Notes: generated by a model not told the origin, from the sequence alone. 64,000 nucleotides of DNA from Octopus vulgaris (GCA_951406725.2 OX597834.1:27280001-27344000), one strand, 5' to 3'. Positions 11,801 through 25,907 are shown, counted from the first letter of the stretch. Made by a program: numbers and translations.

Positions 11801-12563
11801 TATCACGCAACCTCTCTATTTTTATGTTCGAGACATCGTTTCAGTTCAATTGTAAATGTAAATAATTTTTGATCAAAATCCTGAAAATCTTCATTATGGA
11901 ATTCAGAAAAAAACTTTTAAGATATTCGATGTATCTATTTCAAAAAAGAAAATTCTAATTCAACTTTGGAATACAATCAATATTTTAGATATTTGTACTT
12001 TTATGTGAGAGTGAATTTACGTAATGAATATTCAATATATACAGTACATTGTGCCAATGACCTGACCACAGAAGTGCAATGACTATTTTTGAGATTTCAT
12101 TGCATACTCTATTCTAATGAACCAAATGAAAGTAAATATTTTTTCTCGGTATGTATGTGAATATGTATTTGTGCATATATATGTTTATGTATGTATTTCT
12201 GTGTGTGCATGTGTATGTGTCTGTGAGTGTTTGTGCGTGCGAGCGTGTGTATATATATATATATATGCACACATCTCTCTCTCTATATATATTTATATAT
12301 ATATTATACATATATATACACACTATACATATACGTATATAGTTACATCTATACATATATACATTTATAAATATATGTATGTATCTGTATGTATATATAT
12401 TTGTATATCCATGTATGTTTATATTATATATATGTATATATATATATATTATATATACATTCTCAAACACACATATATATTATGATGCATATCTTGTGTG
12501 TATATACATACTCGTATACAAATATTATAAATATGACATATGTACTTAAGTATATTTATACTT

Positions 12564-12605
<42 letters not shown>

Positions 12606-13445
12606 TACACACACACACTGTGTGAGAACAACAGCTTTACATAGGAAGCCTGTCTAGATATGGCCCTCACGCTGTGCCATTCTACTTACAGCTGTGCCTC
12701 AACATGTTTCACATCTTTGCTCCGTTTATCGTGGGACTGTCTGTGGAATTGGTATTCTTATAATTCTAGCAGGCATAAACACGTTAGAGAGTGCTACACG
12801 CATTCTCGCCCCACCACACACATATATTCACATAAGTATGCACACACATACATTTGCATACATTCACATACATTCACTTACAATCACATACACATACACA
12901 GGCATTCTCGCAGACAAGCAAATACGCAGCCTCACACAAACATACACACATTGACAAACACCCATACATATAATAAATGCACAAACATGCACAGCCACCT
13001 ATATTTATACATAGCCATATGCATAAAAATATGGCGTACATTCAACGCATACACACACATAAACACACACAAACATATAGCTATAAGATTTCACGATCCA
13101 AATCTCTCTCCATGTTGCAAGTATAAGCACATCTACACACTTTTACACACATGTATGCATATATCTACGCATGTACATACATATACTTGCATATACGCAT
13201 AATCGTCATTGAGTATATCATTTGCGCACATGCATACCACACACGTATTGAGACACATATACATATACGTATACACGGATGAGAAGAGAATTGAACACAC
13301 ATACATCCATTTACGCAAATATATATACACATACGCATACACAAACAAAAACATTTACTAATGCACAAAAACCAGAAACACACGCATTCATGCATTATCC
13401 CACAAGTACTCATATCATGAAAGTACATATCTTGAAGATAATACG

Positions 13446-14043
13446 TATTTCTTTATTACCCACAAGGGGCTAAACATAGAGGGGACAAACAAGAACAGAT
13501 ATAGGTATTAAGTCGATTACATCGACCCCAGTGCGTAACTGGTACTTAATTTATCGAACCCGAAAGGATGAAAGGCAAAGTCGACCTCGGCGGAATTTGA
13601 ACTCACAACGTTACGCAGACGAAATACCTATTTCTTTATTACCCACAAGGGGCTAAACATAGAGGGGACAAACAAGAACAGACATAGGTATTAAGTCGAT
13701 TACATCGACCCCAGTGCGTAACTGGTACTTAATTTATCGACCCCGAAAGGATGAAAGGCAAAGTCGACCTCGGCGGAATTTGAACTCACAACGTAACGCA
13801 GACGAAATACCTATTTCTTTATTACCCACAAGGGGCTAAACATAGAGGGGACAAACAAGAACAGACATAGGTATTAAGTCGATTACATCGACCCCAGTGC
13901 GTAACTGGTACTTAATTTATCGACTCCGAAAGGATGAAAGGTAAAGTCGACCTCGGCGGAATTTGAACTCACAACGTAACGGCAGACGAAATACCGCTAA
14001 GCATTTCGCCCGGCGTGCTAACGCTTCTGCCAGCTCGCCGCCT
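13446..14043 (-). mobile_element. SINE family B trimer with a single 18-bp TSD
   Basis: One full unit plus two ~182-bp units. TSD TATCTTGAAGATAATACG at 13428-13445 and 14044-14061. Confidence 0.93.
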
Positions 14044-14061
14044 TATCTTGAAGATAATACG

Positions 14062-14355
14062 GCTTGATTCTCAAACAACAGGCTTCCAGGTTCAATCCCA
14101 CTGCGTAGCACTTTGGGCAAGTGTATTTTACAATAGCCCCGGGTTAACTAAAGCTTGGTGGGGGGGAGGGCTTGGGAGACGTGAACAGAAAAACGTCTGT
14201 CGTATATACATACATACATACACACATTCACACAAACACACACAAATGCATGTAGCTTGCTTACCAGCAACATGTGTCTTCTACTATAGCCTCGGGTCGA
14301 CCAAAGCCTTGTGAGTGAATTTGGTAGACGGAAACTGAAAGAAGCCCGTCGTATA

Positions 14356-14408
<53 letters not shown>

Positions 14409-14620
14409 ATATGTTTGTGTGCCTCTGAATGTCCCCCCCCCAACATCGCTTGACAACCGATGCTGGTGTGTTTACGTCCCCGTAACTTAGCAGTTCGGCA
14501 CAAGATATCGATAGAATAAGTACTAGGCTTACAAAGAATAAGTCCTGGAGTCGATTTGATCGACTAAAGGCGCTGCTCCAGCATGGCCGCAGTCAAATGA
14601 CTGAAACAAGTAAAAGAGTA
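14062..14620 (+). mobile_element. SINE family C: diverged 5' half followed by a 5'-truncated copy
   Basis: GGTTCAATCCCACTGCG...TTTGGGCAAGTG at ~14090-14125; second copy from TGTGTCTTCTACTATAGCC (~14273) to the AAGTAAAAGAGTA tail. Confidence 0.85.
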
Positions 14621-14669
<49 letters not shown>

Positions 14670-14682
14670 CACATACAAATAT

Positions 14683-14739
<57 letters not shown>

Positions 14740-14754
14740 TGTATATATACATAC

Positions 14755-14806
<52 letters not shown>

Positions 14807-15185
14807 ATACATATATACATATATACATACACATACACGCACACACACGCGCGCACACACATATATAAGCCGTCAGAGGGAGCCTCATAAACCTCCCCAG
14901 GAGTACAAACTTCATTTACGCGTTTATGGCATCACTCCATTGTAGTTCTGGTATTTATAATAGTCTTTTCTTTTATAATCCGAGAAAACGGTGGAGTGGA
15001 GTGGAGGGTTTGGTGTTGGGGGGATGTGATGTATCGGGGTGTGGTGTGTGTGTGTGGCATTGGAATACTGTGCTAATGTGTGTGTATGTATGTATACTGG
15101 AATGTCTCGTCGAGTATCAGTTATACAAGTGCATATATGTATGCGTATGGACGTCTGTGTTTGTGCGCGTGTGTGTTGTGTGTCA

Positions 15186-15239
<54 letters not shown>

Positions 15240-15615
15240 AATAAAATAAAATATATATATGTATGTATGTATGTATGTATGCATGTGTTTGTATATGTAC
15301 ATGCATCTATATGCACATATATGTACATATATACGCGCACACGATTATATACATACATACATACATATATATATATATACATACACACATACATATATAC
15401 TCATTGATATGTGTATGTATATGTGAATATGTATACATTTGTAGGCACACACACACACACATACCCACATATATATGTGAGTGTGTGCTTGCATGTATAT
15501 ATGTATCTAGGTTTTATGACAAGTTGTTGTCTGTGCACTCATGATACATTTTTAGAGACACATAGCATATCACACTTTTCCAAAAAATGGTACAGTGCCG
15601 TGACCGAATTTTCCA

Positions 15616-15657
<42 letters not shown>

Positions 15658-15954
15658 GCGCTGACAATTGTTCCTCTGCAAATTTAAAAGTACTTCAAGT
15701 TAAACTAATGATCTCTGTTAGATTATAACACGTGGTCAGTAGCTTCGTGTAATATCATACGTAACTGAAGGTGCTAATTCCACTGTTAATTAAAGACGGT
15801 CATAAATGTTGCTTAAACTGGTGATTCAAGTGTATTTATAGTAATAGGTCTTCAATATATTATTGGTAGGGATATATATATACTATCATATGTTACTTTT
15901 TAAACGTGAGTGTGCATGTGACTGAGTGTATATATAGCTATATATGCTTATATA

Positions 15955-16256
15955 TCTTTATATATAAAAGTGAAGCTGTGTGAGTGTCTGTCTACTCCGA
16001 TTTAGATTCCTAACTACTCCCACATTTTGCGGTGCAGTTTAACCAAAAGCGGGTATCTTATAGTCGTGATTCATATCGAGCCCTTCTGGGTATTAGCGCG
16101 CGTCTACGATGAGTCTACGATTTTAAAAATAAATTACCATAATTTCTTCCCATTTTTAATGCATTTTTTGCTATTATATAAGGGAAGTAACTCTCTAAAA
16201 ATGCTTATATAGTTATTTCCCTTACAAACCCGAGCAACGCCGGGCGATACTGCTAG
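15955..16256 (+). mobile_element. Non-autonomous Helitron (short variant)
   Basis: 5' TC after A, 3' CTAG before T, subterminal hairpin CCCGAGCAACGCCGGG; matches copies at 41609 and 56769. Confidence 0.85.
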
Positions 16257-16522
16257 TATATATATAAAACATCTAATAAAATACATATATTATATATGGC
16301 ATTTTATGCTGTATAAAACATACACGCCTTTCAATAAACTATTGCCAGGATTACATAATTGCTTGCGGAAATATTTTATAATCGTGTTAAATTAACTCTT
16401 CAGTGTTTAGCGAAATCTACAAAGAATGGTGTTAAATGCTCAATGTATATATTCCTGCGTACATTTACATTCTATAACACCATTTTGCTTTTTGTTTCTC
16501 CCATCTGTCTGTCTGCCTGTCC

Positions 16523-16577
<55 letters not shown>

Positions 16578-16587
16578 TGCATATACA

Positions 16588-17022
16588 AGCGTTGCTGTGT
16601 AGTAAGAAGTTTTCTACTCAGCCACATGGTACGGTATCACTGCATGTCACCTTGGGCAGGCGTCTTTTATATAGCCTTGTCTTTTATATAGCCTTGTCTT
16701 TTATATAGCCTTGGGCCAACCAAAGCCTTGTGAGAGATTTCGTAGACAGAAACTGAAGGAAGCCCGCCGTGTGTATACTTGTTTGTGTGTATGTGTGTGT
16801 ATCAGTGTGTGTGCGTGCGTGTATCTTTGTATTTCTCTTTATTCGCACAAACGCTTGACAACCGGTGTTGGTGGCGTTTACGTTCCCCTAACTTAGAGGT
16901 TCAGTAAAAGAAGCCACTAAAATATGTACCTGGGTAAAACAAATATACTATTTCCTATTCGTTCGACAGAAATTCTTCGACGCAATTCCCCAGAAGTCTG
17001 ATGGCTTAAAGAATTAAAAGTT
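16588..17022 (+). mobile_element. Old, diverged SINE family C copy
   Basis: CCTTGGGCAGGCGTCTT...CCAAAGCCTTGTGAG...GTAGACAGAAACTGAAGGAAGCCCG...GCTTGACAACCGGTG collinear with family C. Confidence 0.75.
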
Positions 17023-17031
17023 ATATATATA

Positions 17032-17208
17032 CAGGAGTGGCTGTGTGGTAAGTAGCTTGCTAACAAACCACATGGTTCCGGGTTCAGTCCCACTGCGTGG
17101 CACCTTGGGCAAGTGTCTTCTGCTATAGCCCCGGGCCGACCAATGCCTTGTGAGTGGATTTGGTAGACGGAAACTGAAAGAAGCCTGTCGTATATATGTA
17201 TATATATA

Positions 17209-17242
<34 letters not shown>

Positions 17243-17458
17243 TGTGTCTGTGTTTGTCCCCCTAGCATTGCTTGACAACCGATGCTGGTGTGTTTACGTC
17301 CCCGTCAGCTAGCGGTTCGGCAGAAGAGACCGATAGAATATGTACTGGGCTTACAAAGAATAAGTCCCGGGGTCGATTTGCTCGACTAAAGGCGGTGCTC
17401 CAGCATGGCCGCAGTCAAATGACTGAAACAAGTAGAGGAGTAAAGGAGTAAGGAGTAT
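17032..17458 (+). mobile_element. SINE family C
   Basis: Near full-length, with A/B boxes, internal (TA)(TG)n and tandem-repeat tail. Confidence 0.93.
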
Positions 17459-17553
17459 ATACATAAATCTTGATTTATAAGTATTCAAAAGACAATTTAG
17501 AAAATGGAGATGTAGTATTAGTATAATTTGTTAACTGCAAAAAATCCAACGTG

Positions 17554-17595
<42 letters not shown>

Positions 17596-17664
17596 GTACA
17601 CACACAAACACACATACACACACACACATGCACACACACACACGCACACACACACACTCACACG

Positions 17665-17695
<31 letters not shown>

Positions 17696-17787
17696 TAGCT
17701 AAATAACTTGTTGGAGAAAACACGCACACACAAAGAGAAGCACACGTATACATACACACATACATGCTTACATACATACATACATGC

Positions 17788-17818
<31 letters not shown>

Positions 17819-18143
17819 CATACATACATACATACATACATACATACATAGTACATGCACACACACACAGAGGCATACGTGCATATACATACAGACAGAC
17901 ATAATACATACATAAAACATATATACATACATAATACATACATTACATACGTACATATATACATATATGTGTGTGTATACACATACCTACTTGCATATAA
18001 ACAGACACATCCTTGTACTGAAAAATAATCACACTCACATACACACATTCAATGGTGACAAATCTATTCTTTATTCTCATCAACTGAGTTTGTCTTGTCG
18101 CATCATGACGATTGCGACACACCCACGTTTTGGTATATATATA

Positions 18144-18550
18144 TACTCTTTTACTCTTTTACTTGTTTCAGTCATTTGACTGCGGCCATGTTGGAGCACC
18201 GCCTTTAATCGAGCAACTCGACCCCGGGACTTATTCTTTTGTAAGCCCAGTACTTATTCTATCGGTCTCTTTTTGCCGAACCGCTATGTGACGGGGACGT
18301 GAAAACACCAGCATCGGTTGTCAAGCAATGCTAGGGAACAAACAGAGACACACAAACACACACACATACATATATATACATATATACGACAGGCTCCTTT
18401 CAGTTTCCGTCTACCAAATCCACTCAGAAGGCATTGGTCGGCCCGGGGCTATAGCAGAAGACACTTGCCCAAGATGCCACGCAGTGGGACTGAACCCAGA
18501 ACCATGTGGCTGGTTAGCAAGCTACTTACCACACAGCCACTCCTGCGCCT
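18144..18550 (-). mobile_element. SINE family C, full length
   Basis: Begins AGGCGCAGGAGTGGCTGTGTGG on the minus strand and ends in (AAAAGAGT)2. Confidence 0.93.
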
Positions 18551-18736
18551 ATATATATTTAATGTATATACATTCATATTAACATAGATACACATACACT
18601 TATAGGTCCCTGATGACTGTTGAACATGTGTTTACACAGAATCGCAGGACAACTGTTTTAGTTGACAGCAAACGTTCCTGTATAATATTGTACAGCCTAC
18701 ATACATAATGTTATATAATGATATGTAATGATACAA

Positions 18737-18788
<52 letters not shown>

Positions 18789-19638
18789 GTCTCTGTGTGT
18801 GTATCTGTGTGTGCATTTGTTATATATATATATATATATATATATAACTGTGGTAAACCAGATCGTACTGAAGAGGGTACAATTACGGCGAAGCAACAAA
18901 TAGCAAAGCGATTTTGATGAAATAACCAAATTCCTGCCCAAACTATAGAATATACATTATATACACAGACGACAATCACAATAACAACAACAACACGCAA
19001 ATGACCAAAAACACAGAGAAAAATAAAATATAACCATCATCACCCCGAACAGAAATAACTAAGTACAAATACACAAACATGGCGGAAAAAGTTTTTAAAA
19101 AATGAAAGAAAAGAAGGAAAAAGAGGATAAATTTCTACGCAAACGGATTGGCAAAAAGTAAGCAGCAAACAGAACCACAGTCTGTTCATGTGAAACAAGA
19201 CAAGGCGAATTCTGATGATGTATTTTTGTATTTGGGCGGGTTTTTGAATCGCCTCTAACGATGTAGCCTGCAGCAAACGTATTAAGTCTCGGGCGAAAAA
19301 AACCGCCATTAATGTGCTGCTGGTGTCCACCAGTTCGAAAAAAACTAACAAACTACATGTGAATGTCTTATAGTAGAAACGGCGACACCCTACAGAGCTC
19401 AAGCCATTACGGTCGATCTCCTCTTTGTGTTTACAAACACACACATACATGTCTATATATATATATGTGCATATATACATGTATATATATAGATATGTAT
19501 GTATGTATACATATGTATGTATATATATATGTATGTATTATGTTTATATACATTCGTATGCTTGTCGTTATTCTTTGCCAACCTATTATCTATCTTGTAT
19601 TGCATTTTGTTGCATTTATCATCATTACTATTCTTCTT

Positions 19639-19717
<79 letters not shown>

Positions 19718-19947
19718 GTAGTAGTTGTAGTAGTAGTAGTAGTAGTTGTAGTGGTGGTGATGGTCGTCGTCGTCGTGGTGATGTTAGTAGTGGTAGCAAT
19801 AGTAGTTCTAGTAGTAGTTTATTGTTGTTCTTGTTGTTTTTTTTAATTTTACTTTACTGTTCTTTAATTAATATCTTAAACTTTTGTATGCGTTTCACTT
19901 GTTAGTAGAGGTCGTGGCTGCTGAGCTATGTATACATACAAATTTCC

Positions 19948-20009
<62 letters not shown>

Positions 20010-20020
20010 ATATGAAAAAA

Positions 20021-20053
20021 TATATGATAAAATATATGATGAAATCTGTATTA

Positions 20054-20099
<46 letters not shown>

Positions 20100-20225
20100 G
20101 TACTATATATATATATATATGTACATATATGAATGTTTGCATACATATATACATACATATATGCATGCGTACACACGAACATCACCGTTAATGTACGTTA
20201 ATAGGATGTTTATATGTATGTATAC

Positions 20226-20274
<49 letters not shown>

Positions 20275-20309
20275 CTTATATATGATAAAATATATGATGA
20301 AATCTGTAT

Positions 20310-20353
<44 letters not shown>

Positions 20354-20464
20354 GTACATATATGAATGTTTGCATACATATATACATACATATATGCATG
20401 CGTACATACGAACATCACCGTTAATGTACGTTAATAGGATGTTTATATGTATGTATACAGATAT
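20021..20464. repeat. Local tandem duplication (~200-bp shared block) anchored on (TA)n
   Basis: TATATGATAAAATATATGATGAAATCTGTATTAAA...CGAACATCACCGTTAATGTACGTTAATAGGATG at 20021-20231 and 20279-20464. Confidence 0.9.
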
Positions 20465-20778
20465 GTATTTAGGCACATAGGTATATATTATATGCATGTG
20501 CATGTGTGTGTGTATGTGACTATAGAGAAGTATGAGTGAACGAAATTATCTGTATGTATGTGCATACGCGCATATAGAGAAATATGTATGCTTGTAATTT
20601 ATTGAAGAATATACGCCATGATTAACGACTATATATTACTATGTTTGAACTGGTTTGTATGTACCTATTCGTATAACGGACGGGAGTACGACTGTTTTTC
20701 AGTGCATATGTTTGCACGTGTCCATGCCTATATAGGTGTATGTGCGTGCATATGTACAAGTAGATGTACAAGTATAGG

Positions 20779-21017
<239 letters not shown>

Positions 21018-21104
21018 GTATCTATCAATCTGTCTATCTCTCCATGTGCATGTGTGTCTATCTGTGTGTGTATACACTATTTGTAGTTTCACAAGTCTTT
21101 GTAG

Positions 21105-22830
21105 GTTCTCCCGGATCGCATAAACCAGACCTTTGTCATTGAATCACTGAAGTTCATCCTACAAAACAATTACTTCCTATTCGATGCAACATACTACCGC
21201 CAAAAAATGCAGTATTGCGATGGGAACGAAAGCAGCGCCTTTCCTTGCGAACCTAATAATGGGTTTCTTTGAATCAACCCTATATGAACTTTTGCTCCAA
21301 AAATTTGGACACCCCATTCCACCATTATATAAGAGAAAACCGGAAAAGGTACCTAGACGATTGTTTTATCATCTGGAATGAAACCTCTGATAAACTCCTG
21401 GATTTCAAATCCACACTGAACAATATAAACTCCAGTATTCAATTTACAATGGAATATAGCAAGGAACAGCTCCCATTTCTGGACATTTTGTTTATAAAAT
21501 ATCCAACAACCAAATTGCAACTGTGATTACTACAAACCAACACACTCAAAACAGTATCTCCTTTTCAGTCCATGCCATCCTAAACACACCAAAATAGATA
21601 TCCCATTCAATCTAGCTAAAAGGATCTGTACAATTGTATCTGACACAACCACTCGGGAACTTCGCCTACAAGACCTCAAAATAACACTCATTGAACGTCA
21701 ATACCCACACGCACTTACAGAGCAGGGAATTGAAAGTGCGAAGAAACTGGACACAGACACATTAAGGACAACAAAATAAAACACCACACTTCACTTTAAA
21801 TCACTCCCATACATATCAACCCGCAACCTCAGAAACAAAGAAGCATACAACACAATTGTACAAAATCTCCCTCTGCTCACTCAGGACCCAAAAGTGAACA
21901 GCATCCTATATACACACAAACTACTAAAATGCAAAAGACAAGACAAATCACTCAAGAGACTCCTAACAAATGCAAAACTATACTCAATACATACAATACC
22001 AACAATTGAAAATGCAGATGACCTGATTGTAGTACATTCCCATACCTAACTGAAGACTTGGTATTCACATTCTAGGCGGCGAGCTGGCAGAAACGTTAGC
22101 GCGCCGGGCGAAATGTTTAGCGGTATTTCGTCTGTCGTTACGTTCTGAGTTCAAATTCCGCCGAGGTCGACTTTGCCTTTCATCCTTTCGGGGTCGATTA
22201 AATTAAGTACCAGTTACGCACTGGGGTCGATGTAATCGACTTAATACCTATGTCTGTCCTTGTTTTTCCCCTCTGTGTTTAGCCCCTTGTGGGTAATAAA
22301 GAAATAGGTATTCACATTCAAGCAAGGAGAAAAATTCTCAATTAAGACCAACTTCACATGTACTTCCCAGAACCTTCTCTATGTCCTAACCTACTCAGAT
22401 TGTGGCCGCAATTATGTGGGCCAAACGAGCCTTATTTTCTCACGTTGCATAAAGAACAGGTTCTTTTCCCTCAGTACAAGCAGATAGCCCTGAGCGAACA
22501 TATCGACAGAGGCGCAAGAAATAAAACGCCGAATTTCCATATCTTTCTATTATACCAATGCAAAGATTCAGTCTCCTTACAAGAACGCCTAAACAAGGAA
22601 ACCTGTTCATACAAAAGTACAGATCACATCTTAATATACAAACTTGACCACTTCAGAAGTTATACTGAGGAGATAGTTGTCCCCCTTGCCACCTGTACCC
22701 ACCCTTGGTCCACTCTCTCGACTCATCCTTATTTTTCAAGCATCCAAAATGGCGAGACCCATTTGTCACAAGATTACTTCAAAATGTCTCTTGAAAAGCT
22801 AATTTAAATAGCGAAAACCGGTTAAGTTGG
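21105..22830 (+). mobile_element. Decayed Penelope-like element (RT + GIY-YIG region)
   Basis: Frameshifted motifs NNYFLFD, IAMGTKAAPFLANLIMG, RYLDDCFIIW, IQFTME...LPFLD, YKPTHSKQYL..CHP.HTK..IPF.LAKRI, NFTCTSQNLLYVL...CGRNYVGQT. Degenerate HHR at ~22790-22826. Confidence 0.9.
22075..22306 (+). mobile_element. SINE family B monomer inserted in the Penelope element
   Basis: TSD GGTATTCACATTC at 22060-22072 and 22307-22319. Confidence 0.94.
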
Positions 22831-22989
22831 ATATCACTACATCCATAAAATATGTATATATTTTGAAAAATATGTATTTTGAAAAAGTTCTTTATAAAAA
22901 GATATCAAACTATGTGAAACGAAGGCATTTCTCTTCCACTTTTTACATGTTATCCACATATTTTCAATATACATATATATATATTTATT

Positions 22990-23025
<36 letters not shown>

Positions 23026-23069
23026 AGTATGCATCCTAATATTTATGACCAAATCAGGGATGGGATTCT

Positions 23070-23230
23070 ACGTTGTTTCCGTTCGAAAAATTCTCTCATT
23101 TGGCATTATTCGATCCGAGACTATAAGAAAACAAATGATCAAGATACCGCAGATGCCGTGCAGCGGGACTGAACCCGAAACCATTCTTGCGAAGCAAGCT
23201 TGTTCATGACTCACCCATGTCTGCACCTAT
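23070..23230 (-). mobile_element. Old SINE family C 5' fragment
   Basis: CCGTGCAGCGGGACTGAACCCGAAACCAT...GAAGCAAGCTT matches the family C head on the minus strand. Confidence 0.6.
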
Positions 23231-23739
23231 ATAAATAAATGACGTAGATTTGAATAATAAGCCATGATTCTGTAGAGTCTGAAAGGTCGAAGCGGTAGCG
23301 ACTACAGGACTCGAACTTAGATCTACCAGTTCACATGTAAGCGGAGCACAGACTGATCTAATTTCCTCCTCTATAATCAACGTACCTTCTGTTGCCATTA
23401 TTCTCGTCGTCGCCGCCATTTTCATTGTTCTAGTCTATTCTCGTTTCACCTTTGACCTTGTGTGTCCTCGTTTCACCTTTGACCTTGTGTGTCCTCTTGT
23501 TACTATTGTCTTCGTTATTCTTTTGTAGCGTCGTTTTACTTTTAACCTTTTGTGTTCTCTTCAGGTCATTGTCCACGTAGCTGCCATCCACATACTCATT
23601 GTTCTCCTGTAGCTTCATTTCTCTCTTGACTTTGTGGACCAATGATCAAAAGCATACCAACCGTGGCCATCTCATCTATTTATAATTACACACAGTACAA
23701 TTAAAATGGTATTTATTTAATGTGTCCCTTTTTTCTCTG

Positions 23740-24028
23740 ACGTGGTCTGATCAATAAGTATCCGGACTGTTGTCATAGTTATGTAGCTAAGGCACGGAGA
23801 GTGAAGCCGCTAGGCACGGATTGACCTTAAACTTTACTGTGCTTACTTACTAAATTTTAACGATCTAGCTCGCTTCCGCTGTTTATAGCTGTGATTAGAA
23901 GGAAGGTGTGTAGTGTGTGAACGTCGCATTGACCATGACAGAGAAATCTGAGCAGAGAATTTGCATCAAAATTTTCCAAAATCTTGGCGATACCTGATCA
24001 GAGACCTACGCAAAGTTTTCAAAGACTT
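23740..24028 (+). mobile_element. Mariner element 5' fragment (TIR-like end + transposase N-terminus)
   Basis: Begins ACGTGGTCTGATCAATAAGTATCCGGACT. ATG at 23935 gives MTEKSEQRICIKIFQNLGDT*SETYAK, a mariner HTH start. Confidence 0.8.
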
Positions 24029-24486
24029 TTAATTTTTCTCGGCACAATCAAGGTGATCTTGTGCAACTGAAACCCGAGTGTCTTTTTGGTCAGCTGAAAG
24101 CAGTTTTGGTACAAACTTGGCAGATATGAGTCTCATACCCAAATTTTCAGTGATAATGGACTGAACTAAACCGTAACTTATCTGCACATCTGATAACTCA
24201 CGGATGGTGATTCGACGATTTCCCCACACAGTCGCACGCAAATCTGCGATGCTTTTCTCAGTTCTGCTGGTTATGGGTCTCCGAGAACGTTCGTCAATAT
24301 CAACATTTTTCGGCCATCTTGAAAACGTCTGAACCACTTGTACACTTGTGTGCGGCTCATACACTCCTCTCCATACACTTTATACAACTTTCCGTAGGCC
24401 TTTGAGCAGGTATCGCCATGACAACTTTCTCTATCGTAGTCAATGCGACGATCACATGCTACACACCTTCCTTCCAAGCACTGCTA
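24029..24486 (-). mobile_element. Mariner transposase pseudogene fragment
   Basis: GDTCSKAYGKLYKVYGEECMSRTQVYKWFRRFQDGR / DERSRRP...NRRITIRELS...LGMRLISAKFVPKLLS (WVPxxL-type linker). Confidence 0.9.
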
Positions 24487-24973
24487 GTGTACATATACAT
24501 ACATATATGAGTTTAAGAGGCATAAGGCACTCAGGAACGTGTAAATATTCACTTGTTCGTCTAGTATTATCACCACTTTGAAGATGTCAGATTTTGCATT
24601 ATATTTCGAAGGTAATTTCCACTAGCATTCACCTCCCTATCAATAGTCTCCCCTTAACGGTAAAAAAAAGTTAGTAGTCGTATTGGTTGCTAGTACTTAT
24701 CTTATTTTTACTTTTATTTTATGTTGAAATGGTGTAGAAGGGTATAAGCGGCCTTGTGACACTTATGACCTAGTCTTCTCCCCAACACCTTTTTATTTAC
24801 TGGTTCATTTCTTCTTCTTTATTTATGTCTGCCCCTGTAACGGTCTCAACTTGCCCTTGTATTAAATATAACTGAATAATTGTAGAGATGGCTAGACGTT
24901 GGTCAATTTCATTACAGACAACAGGTGTTTGGTCTCCAGAATACTTCAGTAAGTACACCATTATAAAAATTCT

Positions 24974-25366
24974 GTGGAGGCGCAATGGCCCAGTGGTTAG
25001 GGCAGCGGACTCGCGGTCGTAGGATCGCGGTTTCGATTCCCAGACCGGGCGTTGTGAGTGTTTATTGAGCGAAAACACCTAAAAGCTCCATGAGGCTCCG
25101 GCAGGGGATGGTGGTGATCCCTGCTGTACTCTTTCACCACAACTCTCTCTCTCTCTCTCTTACTTCCTGTTTCTGTTGTACCTGTATTTCAAAGGGCCGG
25201 CCTTGTCACTCTCTGTGTCACGCTGAATATCCCCGAGAACTACGTTAAGGGTACACGTGTCTGTGGAGTGCTCAGCCACTTACATGTTAATTTTACGAGC
25301 AGGTTGTTCCGTTGATTCGGATCAACCGGAACCCTTCTAGTCGGAACCGACGGAGTGCTTCCATCC
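24974..25366 (+). mobile_element. SINE family A, full length
   Basis: tRNA-like head with TCG anticodon-like loop; TSD ATAAAAATTCT at 24963-24973 and 25367-25377. Confidence 0.94.
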
Positions 25367-25907
25367 ATAAAAATTCTACGGGATTCGTTTTGGATAAATA
25401 TTATTTAGCTCTATTTACGGAATCATAACTACTATTCGTTTTCTAGGCATATTGGCGGTTCCTGTTTTACTTTAGCACTAGGTTTATCCTACTGCTATGT
25501 ATACACTCTGGTATCCCTACATAAAGGGATGAGCAATAAATTATTTCTGTAGTTCATTTGCTAGTTCACTCTTTTGCATATCGACTTCAAGCTTCACACT
25601 GCAAAATGATATGATTCTAATTTATTGAGCCTTCTGGCCTCATTTCGAGGCCCTGTTCTTCCCTTTTCCCTTCTATAATTTTATGTATTTGTATTCACTC
25701 TGATGAAGCTCCATGCACTAGATCGAATGTGCTATAAAGATTGCAAATATTATTTTCGGAATTTTCTTTGTAAACACCGGTTGACATCGGCAGCCGAAAC
25801 GGCAGTAAGAAACGTTACGTAATGTTATGTTTCGTATTAAAAAATAATTAACCAATGTTGGTCAATTTATTTATTTCTTGATCAAAAGTTTTCTCCATTT
25901 TATGCTT

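Noticed and set aside
18605-18895. CTGATGA at ~18610 and CTGAAGA at ~18868
   Set aside because: GAAA and the cleavage-side stems are missing or too degenerate to call.
23430-23642. 70-aa ORF with repeated RTHKVKGE
   Set aside because: Reflects a short 27-bp tandem repeat; no supporting exon or homology evidence.
24974-25050. tRNA-Arg-like sequence
   Set aside because: It is the head of a multi-copy SINE with a poor acceptor stem, not a tRNA gene.
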